In this document: positions 51,301 to 61,616 of the stretch, in pieces | How the letters are laid out: the number at the start of each line of letters is the position of its first letter | Position numbering within the stretch: the first letter of the stretch is position 1 | Source: Tubulanus polymorphus | Taxonomy: Eukaryota; Animalia; Nemertea | DNA length: 64,000 nt | Direction of reading: 5' to 3' | Assembly (NCBI RefSeq): GCF_964204645.1 | Contig: NC_134032.1 | Location: 15,054,275-15,118,274 of the forward strand | Made by a program: the position numbers and the translations under genes | The notes under the pieces: model-generated | What the model was told of the DNA's origin: nothing | The model's database searches: none | Seen by the model: only the letters and a program-made list of their open reading frames with translations

Positions 51301-54300
51301 TAGAGTCATATTTTACATATATTCTACATATTTTACATATTTTTTTATTTAAAAAAATTTTGACTCAAAAAACGTAAACTCGGTTAGCAATAAAATTTCA
51401 TTGAATTTGATTGATCGACGATCTCATCTCGGTAAAGTTAAAAGTTATTTTTCCAAAAATATCCGACAAAATATGTAAAATATGAACCCAGCAGGCATTT
51501 ATTACTGATATTATAATATGATTTCAATGGTTAAAATCGATATGGAATAAATAAATATGTTATATTTAATTTCATCTCGGTTCATCTCGGTAAAATACAT
51601 CATCTCGGTAATAAGGATGACCGCCCGTTATGTGATGTTATAGTTAAACAGTTAAGCAGCCGATTTGGTGCTGGATCCAAGCTACGTCCTACACTAGTCC
51701 AAATTGTACTGACAAAAACATTTTTGATAATATTTCTAGTTTTCCTAACCGCGTATAAATATATTTTACCATTTCCTGTGTTTTATATTTACCATGTTTT
51801 GCGGTGTTCGAATCAACCATCTACAGTGCAGATTGTCGCCATAGTTACCCGGGTAGTTAGGACTGGTTATTACGCCTGTTCTACCGATCTGTACTCTAGA
51901 CTGCCTGCTACATGTCGAGTCAACTACAAATATTAAATTTATTATTATATATGTTATTTACTGATTTCATGATAAACTTCTCATTATGTACTATGGTACC
52001 TTTCAGTATCGTCCAGTGGAGTTTAAACCCGGTATAAGTTCGACTGCTGCCTGTGTTAAACATGATTTTTACAGAACCAGAATAGTAACGTGTAGGTGGC
52101 GCTGTGCTGCCACGATAGCTAGCAATATCTATTTTCAAAATAAAATACACAAATCAAAATTTTTCTAGGTGGATCTGAAAATAATAAACTAAATGAATCG
52201 TAGATATTTTTCGCATATTTTTAAAAATAGAATTATTCCATTCTTACATATCCCGTTAACGAATATGTTTAAAGGGCTACCACTATCCACTCTGAATCTA
52301 GGATCAAACGATATTTCAACTCCCTGAAATTAAGCAATTATAATTGATTATTTTTCAAATCCTAGTACACTTCTCCAAATTATACAGACAAAACATGTTT
52401 CATAAGCGGCAAATATTTTTCACTCCTAAAAGCAACAATTTCCTGCGTTTTCCTATAATTACCGTGTTTTTAGGTGTTTTTATCAACCATACACAGTTCA
52501 GATGGTGATTATAGTTGCCCGGAAAGTTAGGACTGGATATGACGCCTGATGCACCATTCTGTACTCTAGGTGTCTCACTACAAGTCGAATCAACTACAAA
52601 TAAATATTGGTTTTATTGTTTTATATGTGATGAATGAATTTATTTTCTCAAATGTTTGAACATGGGTATAATAATAATTTTGTTTGATTACTGCTGCATA
52701 TGAATTGAAATTTTACTTGTTTGAGGAGGACATCCCCGAGCCGTAAGAGCTGTACCTGAAGGGGATGCCCTCTAAGATTTACTGATTCCATGATCAACTT
52801 CTCATTATGAGCTACCTTTCAAAAACCGCCAAACGAGTTTAAACCCTTTGTAGCTGACAGAGTCGTCTGATGTAAACCGGATGATTACACGACCGGAATA
52901 GACACGTGTAAGTGGCGCTATACTGCCGCAATATACATCACCATTTTCTGCTGTAAATATAAACACACAAATTAATATTTTCTAGCAGGATTTTTAAAAA
53001 CACACATTTCCCTGATGAAAAAATAAATCTGATAAAATTTTATGAATCACAAAAATCATTGTGAAGAGTGTTTAGATTTTTACCAGTTTTACTTTTTATC
53101 GTCAACGCGTCAGGGCAACCACTGTACGTTCTAAATTCTACATGAAATTTCGAGTCGAATGATATTTCAACCATCTGCAAAAAATATATGAATATTCAGC
53201 ATTTAATTATAGTTTAACAGTGAACATGTATGTATTGTTTACAGGATGTAGGACCCGATATATACAGAGTGTCTTAGAAAATGTGATACACAATTCATTA
53301 ACTATTACACGTAATTTTAGCTATTTTCTTGGGGAGGGGGTAAGGTTGGTAGACCTGGATGTTTGCAAGAGGATCGATTGGCCCTAGAGTCAAACCTAAA
53401 ACTACAGATTGTTCCATTGTGTACGTTTATTGTTAAATGACCAGCTGCTGCCTGTTGAGATATTGATCACTAAATCACTGGATTTCACTTGTTGGGTATT
53501 CTACTGTGTAAAAACTGAGGTATTCAAAACATATCTAGCAGGAATCGAAAACTTTAGTCTTCGGAAAGTAACAGATTTTGAGAAATACTGAATCTGATGA
53601 GTCAAAATTCTACGATAAAACGTCGACCTCAAGTGTGAAAACAGTTACCATATTGAACAAATCTGGAGCAGCTTAATTTGTAAGGAGGACCAACAATTTT
53701 ATTCAGGAGAAATTTGTCTTAGTTAATTTATGTCATGTCTCAAATCATCATGTCATATGGCAGCAGATCATTTATCAATACACGCACACAATGCATGCAT
53801 TAATCCTTATTTCTTATATTGGTTCAACTCCAACCATTTTTTAAGCTACGGTAACACATTTTTGAGACGCCCTGTATATCAGTTTTAACTTTACCCTAGA
53901 GTTATCAATTGAACTAAACCTCGGGTTAAAGTTAAAACTGAATTCAGCCGCCATTGAGCTCGAACTAGTGCAGTAAACCCGACATCATTTTTCTCATAGA
54001 CCAAATATTTACCGTGTTTCCAGGTACTGCAATTAACCATCTACAGTCCAGCCTGCGGTAGTAGCTGTTCGGATGGTTAGGGCTGGTTATGACGCCTGAT
54101 CTACCATTCTGTATTATAGGTGTTTTACTACATGAATCAACTACAAATAAATATTGAATTGAATTGTTTTATATGTGATTTACTGAATCCATGATAAACT
54201 TCTCATTATGCTCAGCTACCTTTCACAAATTTCCAATGGAGTCTAAACCCTTTGTAGCTACTAGACCTGTCTGATGTAAACTGGATGACTACACGACCGG

Positions 54301-55907
54301 AATAGTAGCGTGTAGGTGGCGCTGTTTTGCCACAATATACATCTGCCGTAAAAATAAACACACAAATCAATGATAGATTTTTAGCTGGATTTGAAATCTG
54401 TAAACTGAAGAAATCGCAGATATTTCTTCATTTATTCATTTCACATCGAGTTTAAGATTAAATTGTTCGATTCTTACAGTTTGGGTCATTATATATGGAT
54501 ACTTTGTCACGGCAATGACCACTTGCCGTATTGAGTTCCAATTCGAAAATAGGATCAAACGATATTCTTGACACCTAAAAATAGAATCAGTCACGTGGTT
54601 ATCTAAGGGTTTCCCGTAGAATTTAGGATCAAATCAGATTCAACTTTGAACTATGCAACTCTGAAATAAAATTAATTTGATTGTTTCATTATTTCTTAAA
54701 TATTTTCACTACATTCTAACTGGTAGTAATGATTAAGGGTTACCCCTATTGATAATGCATAACGTGATGTAATAGTTAATCAGTTCAGCGCCCGATTTGG
54801 TGCTGGATCCAAGTTCCGTTCTACACTTGTCCAAATATTACTGACAAAAACATTTTTTATTATATTTCTAGTTTTTCTAACCGCGAATATATTTCACAAT
54901 TTCCTGTGTTTTATATTTACCATGTTTTGAGGTATATCAATCTCCCAAAAACATTCCAGATTGTCGCCATAATTGCCAGGGTAGTTAGGACTGGTTATGA
55001 CGCCAGAAGTTCCGTTCTGTTTTCTATACCGCCAGCTACAACTCGAGTCGATGTTATCTGCCCAAACTGTATAGAAAAATACCCGTATCTATAAACTTAT
55101 AAAGCGGTAGTTAGTAGGACTAACTCAACTGATAATGAATTTAGTTAGCCTTCGGGTCGAGGTTAATACCAGTCTATAAAAAAGAGAACTGGTCATCAGT
55201 TACCACACCACACTGATCACCAGGTCACCACAGCTGACTAGTCACCAGTCACTGGACTTGTCACCAGGTCACCACAGCTGACTAGTCATCAGTCGGCACC
55301 ACAGCTAAATGGTCAGACACTGACCGGACAAACTACATCAAACTTTATGGTCTAGTGGTTAGCGTGATCGCCTGGCACAGTGGAGGTCCCGGGTTCGAGG
55401 CTGAGGATAAACTCCTCCCGCTAGGTGCTGATGATAAGTTCCCGCGATAGAAATATCATTTGATTTTGATTAATTAAATATGTTATTAATCTTTTAAATT
55501 CTATATATTGTGGTTTTAAAACCTACTGTCTAATTTGACCGGTGCTATACTACCAATAGGTAGTTGCTGTTTTGAGAAAATTTATTCCTTTTTTTTTAAA
55601 ATAAACAACTGTCCTTGAAACGAGTTCCGGAACAACGCGTCATACTGGCCGTTTAGTGAGGTAATAAAGTGACCTTTTGAGACCATTAGTTTAGAGAGTT
55701 CCTCAGATTGGCACCCGCACCGCGGCATTGATCAAACAGTTCTAACCTATGTGACGGCACTAATCTCAATAATTTAACTCTAAAATTCTTAATCAACAAA
55801 TTTAATCAGTATTAAGTGATATAAATATTATTTGTTCGCTTACCTTGAGAATTCTCGACGAATAAAATTACAGCGACCACAAACAAACTCTTCATCATCA
55901 ACTCCAT
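45375..55907 (-). CDS. 30-exon gene for a type I transmembrane receptor: signal peptide + 8 CUB domains + TM + Tyr-repeat cytoplasmic tail (~1408 aa)
   Basis: Hand-assembled exons, all GT-AG and phase-compatible, no internal stop: 55907-55844 (MELMMKSLFVVAVILFVENSQ); 55066-54921; 54574-54478; 54342-54220; 54140-54013; 53174-53084; 52950-52816; 52593-52463; 52323-52248; 52128-52000; 51923-51793; 50961-50856; 50723-50589; 50512-50385; 50216-50126; 49963-49838; 49760-49633; 49402-49312; 49171-49034; 48954-48827; 48595-48505; 48327-48196; 48116-47989; 47763-47676; 47596-47471; 47383-47234 (TM); 47040-47003; 46913-46185; 46090-45691; 45397-45375 (DDNGTMD*). Sum 4227 nt. CUB signature [16 protein letters not shown].W.I / V.ISF..F / C.D.L.I / YCG...P / V.I.FTSD.S....GF.L.W recurs eight times. 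The last exon is least certain; read-through would end PQLG* at 45686. Confidence 0.92.
45691..46913 (-). CDS. Two cytoplasmic exons with 13/14-aa tyrosine repeats (39/42-nt coding minisatellite)
   Basis: 46913-46185 (243 codons; IYEDI, IYDDV, DDDVD repeats, 12 ED[T/D]Y) and 46090-45691 (9 ED[T/D]Y); consensus NPPED[T/D]Y[I/V]V(V)AGVR; frame open throughout. Confidence 0.9.
47234..47383 (-). CDS. Transmembrane exon with (DT)n stalk and basic stop-transfer
   Basis: DTDTDTDTDTDRISY-LTVVFGIGFLILVIVAAIAIAVLI-RQRRNVRNRNT; 150 nt, phase 1-1, atttcag| and |gtttgt. Confidence 0.92.
47471..48116 (-). CDS. CUB domain 8 (membrane-proximal)
   Basis: [43 protein letters not shown] / MVEISFESNFHIQTSKGRCWDALTIKSET / GYNLYCGSAAPGNRSHTGNITIQFTSDNSRSNAGFKLLWRVK. 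Confidence 0.9.
48196..48954 (-). CDS. CUB domain 7 (recent duplicate of CUB6)
   Basis: A exon identical to CUB6; B IVEISFDSNFGIGAKTGDNCFDALTIKSET; C DRDVYCGNTAPPTRNYTSEVDIRFTSDRSSTYHKGFELCWKFVK. Confidence 0.9.
48690..48756. repeat. ~65-bp intronic hairpin carried in A-B introns of CUB2,5,6,7,8
   Basis: tcagttttaactttaa...ttaaagttaaaactga; copies near 47837, 48690, 49498, 50298, 53878. Confidence 0.75.
49034..49760 (-). CDS. CUB domain 6 (exons A/B/C)
   Basis: [43 protein letters not shown] / IVEISFDSNFSIGAKTGDSCRDALTIKSKT / AENGDVYCGNTAPPTRYYSGEVAIQFTSDRSSTYHKGFELHWKFVK. Confidence 0.9.
49838..50512 (-). CDS. CUB domain 5 (exons A/B/C)
   Basis: [43 protein letters not shown] / VVELSFDSNFSIEPKSYGRCWDVLTIQSET / VNVYCGNTAPPTRNYTGRVIIRFTSGSYGSYSGFKLLWWFVK. 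Confidence 0.9.
50589..51923 (-). CDS. CUB domain 4 (exons A/B/C)
   Basis: [44 protein letters not shown] / KVEISFDPIFEVDSNTTSDTHNCRDKLYIIYTDYS / TGNGDVYCGSTAPPTRYYSGDVIIKFKSDSSNSYKGFKLFWRFLK. Confidence 0.9.
51161..51623. mobile_element. Non-autonomous Mutator-like element (463 bp) in CUB4 intron
   Basis: ~130-bp TIRs starting gggtcatccttatta; exact 9-bp TSD cccgttatg at 51152-51160 and 51624-51632; absent from the paralogous CUB1 intron. Confidence 0.88.
52000..52593 (-). CDS. CUB domain 3 (divergent, lacks second disulfide)
   Basis: [44 protein letters not shown] / GVEISFDPRFRVDSGSPLNIFVNGI / YIASYRGSTAPPTRYYSGSVKIMFNTGSSRTYTGFKLHWTILK. Confidence 0.85.
52816..54140 (-). CDS. CUB domain 2 (exons A/B/C)
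   Basis: [43 protein letters not shown] / MVEISFDSKFHVEFRTYSGCPDALTIKSKT / AENGDVYCGSIAPLTRVYSGRVIIRFTSDDSVSYKGFKLVWRFLK. Confidence 0.9.
53265..53874. mobile_element. Tc1/mariner-type MITE (610 bp) in CUB2 intron
   Basis: ta|cagagtgtcttagaaaatgtg ... cacatttttgagacgccctg|ta; paralogous introns lack it. Confidence 0.8.
54220..55066 (-). CDS. CUB domain 1 (exons A/B/C)
   Basis: [41 protein letters not shown] / VSRISFDPIFELELNTASGHCRDKVSIYNDPN / YVYCGKTAPPTRYYSGRVVIQFTSDRSSSYKGFRLHWKFVK. Confidence 0.9.
55348..55400 (+). other. tRNA-derived fragment (SINE head or pseudo-tRNA)
   Basis: A box tggtctagtgg and B box ggttcgag at tRNA spacing; acceptor stem missing. Confidence 0.6.
55844..55907 (-). 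CDS. Exon 1 of CUB receptor: signal peptide
   Basis: ATG at 55907; MELMMKSLFVVAVILFVENSQ then G|gtaagc (phase 1), joining exon 2 to give ...NSQVWA-DNIDSSC, a plausible cleavage site. Confidence 0.85.
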
Positions 55908-56672
55908 ATTCAAACAGATACCCTCGATAAATACTAAACAACTGAACTGTGAACTGTGAACTACTACCAAAAAACTGCGCCTTTTCACACAGACCGATAC
56001 GAACAGCTTTATGAATCAGAAAACTGAGTTGGTCTTTAAATAGTAATTCTATTTCCTTGTTACAATCTTGAAAACGATTAGGAGAATATTGTCACTCCGC
56101 CAGCATCATCATCAGTTATCACCATTATATGTTCATGTAAATACTGGCTTTATTTAGAGAATTATTAAGGATTAAATTGTCTCTCCATCATCACACTCAG
56201 TGTAACACAAATAGATAAAGCCAAAAAACCACATAAACAGGATCTTCCTTATGTACATTTGATAAAATAAATGGACGATGAATAGAATCAAAACTTCGAA
56301 GTAAAGAAAACTGCATTTTAGATAATAGTTTAATTTCCTTAATTACCTCTCTGATTTATGGTATAATAGGGGTAATTATCTGCCCATCAGGAAACACAGA
56401 CACTGGTGCTGCGGGATATTGATATAAACTGATAAATCAAACTATGCATAAAACTTTTAAATAAAACCAATATTTCGACGACTTCGCGATCATGCGTCCC
56501 GTGTCAAACCCTAAATAAAACAAGGAAACAAAAGTCGAAATTACTCCGAACATTCAGTTTTACATTAAGGGTTTGACATAATATGTTGGTTTTATTTCTA
56601 TGATACGTAAAGACATTAATTCAGTTTTCCACTATAAATACGATTCAGTCAGTTGTTATAAACACGGTAATA

Positions 56673-57246
56673 ACCGTTTGAAGTTTTTAGTGCGTTTTTG
56701 ATATTTGTCAATTTTTCATTGTGTGTTTAACATTGTTTTATTCCTATGATAGAACGTTAAGACAAAAATAGTTAACTGATATTCTGGATAGTAGGAGTTT
56801 TCACGTACATTCGTTTCCACCTGGCCCGAAATCGGTCATTTTTACTATTTTTAGAAAACAAATAAGCCATTTCTACCTAATTAAATTAATATTGAGGGCC
56901 ACCGTAAAGTAGTTGTTTTACACAGCCCGCGGTATTACATTAGTTTACAGAAATTCCGCTAGGTGACCGTATGGTGCTGCCACCTAGTTTGCTGCGGTTG
57001 AATTAAAATGGGTGAATGATCGATTCGAATCCCACTATTTGGTTCTCTTTTTAATGCCACACGCGGATTTAGGTTCGAAACGTTTACCGTTTGAAGTTTT
57101 TAGTGCGTTTTTTATATTTGTCAATTTTTCATCGTGTCTTTAACATTGTTTTATTCCTATGATAGAACGTTAAGACAAATATAGTTAACTGATTTATTCT
57201 GGATAGTAGGAGTTTTCACGTACATTCGTTTCCACCTGGCCCGAAA
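56673..57246. repeat. ~160-bp direct repeat pair
   Basis: 56673-56830 vs 57086-57246 (accgtttgaagtttttagtgcg...cctggcccgaaa). Confidence 0.9.
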
Positions 57247-58237
57247 CCGTGAAGCATCTTCATTCACCGGTCAAGGGATTCGAACTCACTTATCAGCGCC
57301 GGCGTCCCCCATGACACCGCGAGTCGTTACCGACCTGAATCTGGTCGCACCAATTACAGGACTTGTAACAAATGACACGTGGTGTCCGACCAATCAGTCC
57401 TCGCTTAAGGGTTTGCGGAAGCGAGTTCAGAACCCCTGGAAAGCGAGGATGACCCGTGAAGTGGAAACGGAATCTTTTGTCTACGTAGTCCGAACCCGCA
57501 GTTCGCCACCAATATTCCGGAACCAGTCCATCTGACATTGGATAGTTTGGACACGGGACCGCAACAAACAACAGCATTAACCGAGGGTTAGGACATACAG
57601 AAAACGCGTGCAAACCCTTCCCATCGTGTTATAAAACCTGTCCAAAGCTAAAACTTGAAACGGGTTTTGTTTGCGATGGAAGAGTTTGAACGGGTTTGAA
57701 ATCAGAGTCTGCGGCTGGGAGTCGCAGTGATTGAAACTCACCACGGATCCCGCGATAAACAAACAACACGATAATACATATATTTATTGATGTACATCAA
57801 ATTAATACAAGAATTTCATCATCTGGTGGAATTATTCCAACAGGTTTTAACAGCATCACAGATTACTACAAATAATACATATATAACATTTATACAAATA
57901 CATACAAACTCAGATACAACGATTCATCGGTTACAACAAATATATAGAATTTTGTCCCAAGTAAAACAATTTGATTAATTTCACACTTCATACGTAACGT
58001 ACTATCGGTTATAGCTAAGAGATTTTCACGGTCCCGTGAAGTTTGGTTTATTAAGCCTATGGTCCAAAATAACTATCTATAACAACCACCTTTTAACTGT
58101 AAAGGTTTAGTTAGGTTAAAGGATAATTAGTACTTATTTATGTTAGGTTTAGAAGAAATCAAAAGGTGGCTGTAATCGATAGGATTGAAGACACGCGGCG
58201 GATGATTAAAGACAAGAGGACATGAGAAGTTTTGGTT

Positions 58238-58333
58238 GAGGGGATGAGTTGAGGTGGGGAGGGGGATCAGTTGAGGTGGGGAGGGGGATCAGTTGAGGTG
58301 GGGAGGGGGATCAGTTGAGGTGGGGAGAGGGGA
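58238..58333. repeat. ~22-bp G-rich repeat
   Basis: (gggggatcagttgaggtgggga)x~4. Confidence 0.9.
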
Positions 58334-58422
58334 TAAATGCAAGATGATTGAGTCATCACATATACAAATTGACACAATGACAGTTTAATAGAATATTCTC
58401 ATTTCAATGTCATTTGCAGTCC

Positions 58423-58765
58423 GTTGAGTTCACCAGACAGTATCACTGGGGGTAGATTCTTGGATGTTGAGTTCACCAGACAGTGTCTCACTGGGGGTAG
58501 ATTCTGCAGCACTTGGATGTTGAGTTCACCAGACAGTATCACTGGGGGTAGATTCTTGGATGTTGAGTTCACCAGACAGTGTCTCACTGGGGGTAGATTA
58601 TGCAGCACTTGGATGTTGAGTTCACCAGACAGTGTCTCACTGGGGGTAGATTCTTGGATGTTGAGTTCACCAGACAGTGTCTCACTGGAGGTAGATTCTG
58701 CAGCACTTGGATGTTGAGTTCACCAGACAGTGTCTCACTGGGGGTAGATTCTGCAGCACTTGGAT
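58423..58765. repeat. 42-53-bp minisatellite
   Basis: ggatgttgagttcaccagacagtgtctcactgggggtagattc(tgcagcac)tt, ~7 copies. Confidence 0.92.
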
Positions 58766-60697
58766 AGTTTAACCCTGGGCTGAAGGCTGTAAAAGTAAAA
58801 TTCCACGATTGAAATATCTAGTAAATCTCATGATTTTATCCAATTTTCCCGCATACATACTCACCAGATGTGGAGTCGGCTTATAGGTCTTGGCTGTGGA
58901 TTAGCGCTTAGTTCAGGCAATATCAATAACTGAAATGTGAAAACAGACATTGCAAATATTTCTCAAGATTTAAAGATGATTTCTATCCTGCACTCAGCAC
59001 TCATGCTGAATTAGAAAACACTTTTTGGCTAATGTAAAAATGTTTTCTGACGCAGTTTGATTTGTGTCAGATTGTAACTGTTGAAGTTTCACTTATTGTT
59101 TCAGTCTAATAGAGATATAACTGATGTACATGTAACATTGACTGTGTAACACTGCACTGGTTTGTTCACTTATTCCTCCCCAGTTGGAAGAATGTTTGTT
59201 CTCTCATCTTCATTAGCGAAAAGAACCATTCTCATCCGTGTAACTACAACATCGTAACATTTCTACTTATTCAATCATAGAGGGAATGAGGAGTATGGCG
59301 TTTGGGTATGGAATGGGGCAGGGCATGGTGTGGTAGACATGTTAGGGGAGGATAGGACATTGTGGTAAGGTAAGGTCAGGTTGGATGATGCAGGGTTATT
59401 TGATGTGGCTGGATTCGATGATCAGTTTGATATAGAACTGTTTGGGGTGGGTGTATGTGGTAGTGTACGATGTATAGTTAGGGAGGGTGTATGATGATAA
59501 CGGATTGAAAGGTTGCTGGTAGAGGGCGGTACCATAGTGATGCTGGTTTGGTTTATGTAGGGTAGGGGCTGGTGTACAGGGTTAAGGATAGGGTTATGCA
59601 TGGTCAGAGTGGTGGGAGAGGAAAAGTGTGGATCATGTGGGGAAGGGTATTTTGGTCTTGTTGGGGTGAGGGTGATTTTGGTAGAATTGTTCAGATATCT
59701 GCACAGATGTTGGGGTAGGGCTAGGACAGTTGAGGTACGATGAGTGATAGTAGTGCTTCCCTTTAGACATCTCAATGTCTCTAATTCTTTCAAAAGAATC
59801 CCTTATTCCTTACAGCTATTCACATTTTGAAATAAGATAATAATTACTGGCTTTCGATTGAAATTAGCCAGATTTTCACGATTTTCCCGAGGATGAAAAT
59901 ATATCGACATCTACTTTGACACATTCCATCATAAACAGCATCATTGAACAGGATTGGATTGTACATTCACGAGTAGTGGAAGGAGCTATGGATGTGACGT
60001 CTAAGGCCTATAATGAACTACTAGTTGAAAAATAGTCGAGGATGTAAATACCACTAGAATCAGATGATCTGGAATAAGCTATGAATGTGATTCATTTGAG
60101 ATAAAACAAAACGAATCATACACTAAAATCAATCAGATGAACTAAACTAAACCTAAACAAACGAGTGAGATATTTTAGTCCTATCTCTCCATGCCCCCAT
60201 TCACTCAAACTACTCCTCCATTCCATGAAATACTAGGAGACGATACCTGGAAGATATTGAACATTAAGACACCATCAAAACAATGATAAATCAGTAACAA
60301 TATTTTAAATGTGTGTCACATTTTAACAAGTGAACGATTCACGAAGCAAATGACAACAAATCTTCAGGGATGGGTTTCATAGTTGTGGAACAGTTAAATA
60401 GTCCCTGGGAAAATTTTGAAATTTAACAATGTTTTTAACTTTGATTCTCAGTCAATAAAACTGGGCCCAAAGTTCAGATAGAATAGTTTTTACCCTACTA
60501 CCAGCTTGGAAACAGCAAACCGTCGAGAAATAGACTCCGAACCCACAATAAATTCAGTTTTTAAATTCAAGGTTTACCGTAAAATATTTCTTATATTTAC
60601 CACTAAACACCCAGTGGTACTTGAAACTCACCGCCTCCTCTCTCTCACACTATCTTTCGCCCACACTAGCCATTTTTTGTGAACATTTTTAAGCACG

Positions 60698-61200
60698 TGA
60701 GGTAGGTATAGACCACTGCCCGCTCTCTAGGCCAGCAGGGGACTTTCCTTTGGACCCAGCTTTTGTGCTTGGTGGCTTTAAGCTCACCTTTTCTTGAGTC
60801 GAGGTAGGAATAGACCACTGCCTACCCGCTAGGCGGACAGTGGACTAAACCTTCGAATTGCTCCTTGACCCCACTCTTTATATATTTTTTCTTCTCTTTT
60901 TGAGTCGAGGTAGGAATAGACCACTGCCTACCCGCCAGGGGGACAGTGGACTAAACCTTCGAATTGCTCCTTGACCCCACTCTTTATATATTTTTTCTTT
61001 TCTTTTTGAGTCGAGGTAGGAATAGACCATTGCCTACCCGCCAGGGGGACAGTGGACTAAACCTTCGAATTGCTCCTTGACCCCACTCTTTATATATTTT
61101 TTTCTTTTCTTTTTGAGTTGAGGTAGGAATAGACCACTGCCTACCCGCTAGGGGGACAGTGGAATAAACCCCTCACTCTTCATGTTCTTTCTTTTTCTTA
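60698..61200. repeat. ~107-bp tandem repeat, 4 copies plus one diverged copy
   Basis: tgagtcgaggtaggaatagaccactgcctacccgcyagggggacagtggactaaacc...T-rich tail. Confidence 0.9.
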
Positions 61201-61616
61201 TGGCTGTCTCTCCTGGCTATGTATCAGTAGAACCCGGCAGTAAGTGTATATATAGGAAATATAGTAATTGAATTAGGTTTGAATCCATCTCAATCAGTGC
61301 TTTTAAAACCAGTAGTAGGGCAACAGTTCACTGTAATCAGTCAGGATCATTGTTTGATGATATTGTTTATTTGCAGCACCATTTGTTCCATGAAACAAGT
61401 TTCAATTCCAAAATGAATCGATGAATTCAATCTTCAATAGCATCATTCTCGATGTATCTCATATAGAGATTTTGGAATAGCTAGCGCGGGAAGGAGGTCG
61501 AGAAGGTAAGGCTAGGTACGATACTGAAACCTGGCAGTTACCTAAATAATGTTTTTATTTACCCTGGTGTCCTAACCAAGGATATGTAAGGATTAAGAGG
61601 TGACATTGAAATAACG

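Noticed and set aside
55348-55400. Functional tRNA gene
   Set aside because: No acceptor stem or complete T arm; treated as a tRNA-derived fragment.
45375-55907. Calling the gene cubilin, tolloid/BMP1, neuropilin or CDCP1
   Set aside because: No EGF, astacin, FA58C or MAM domains seen; domain count and tail do not match.
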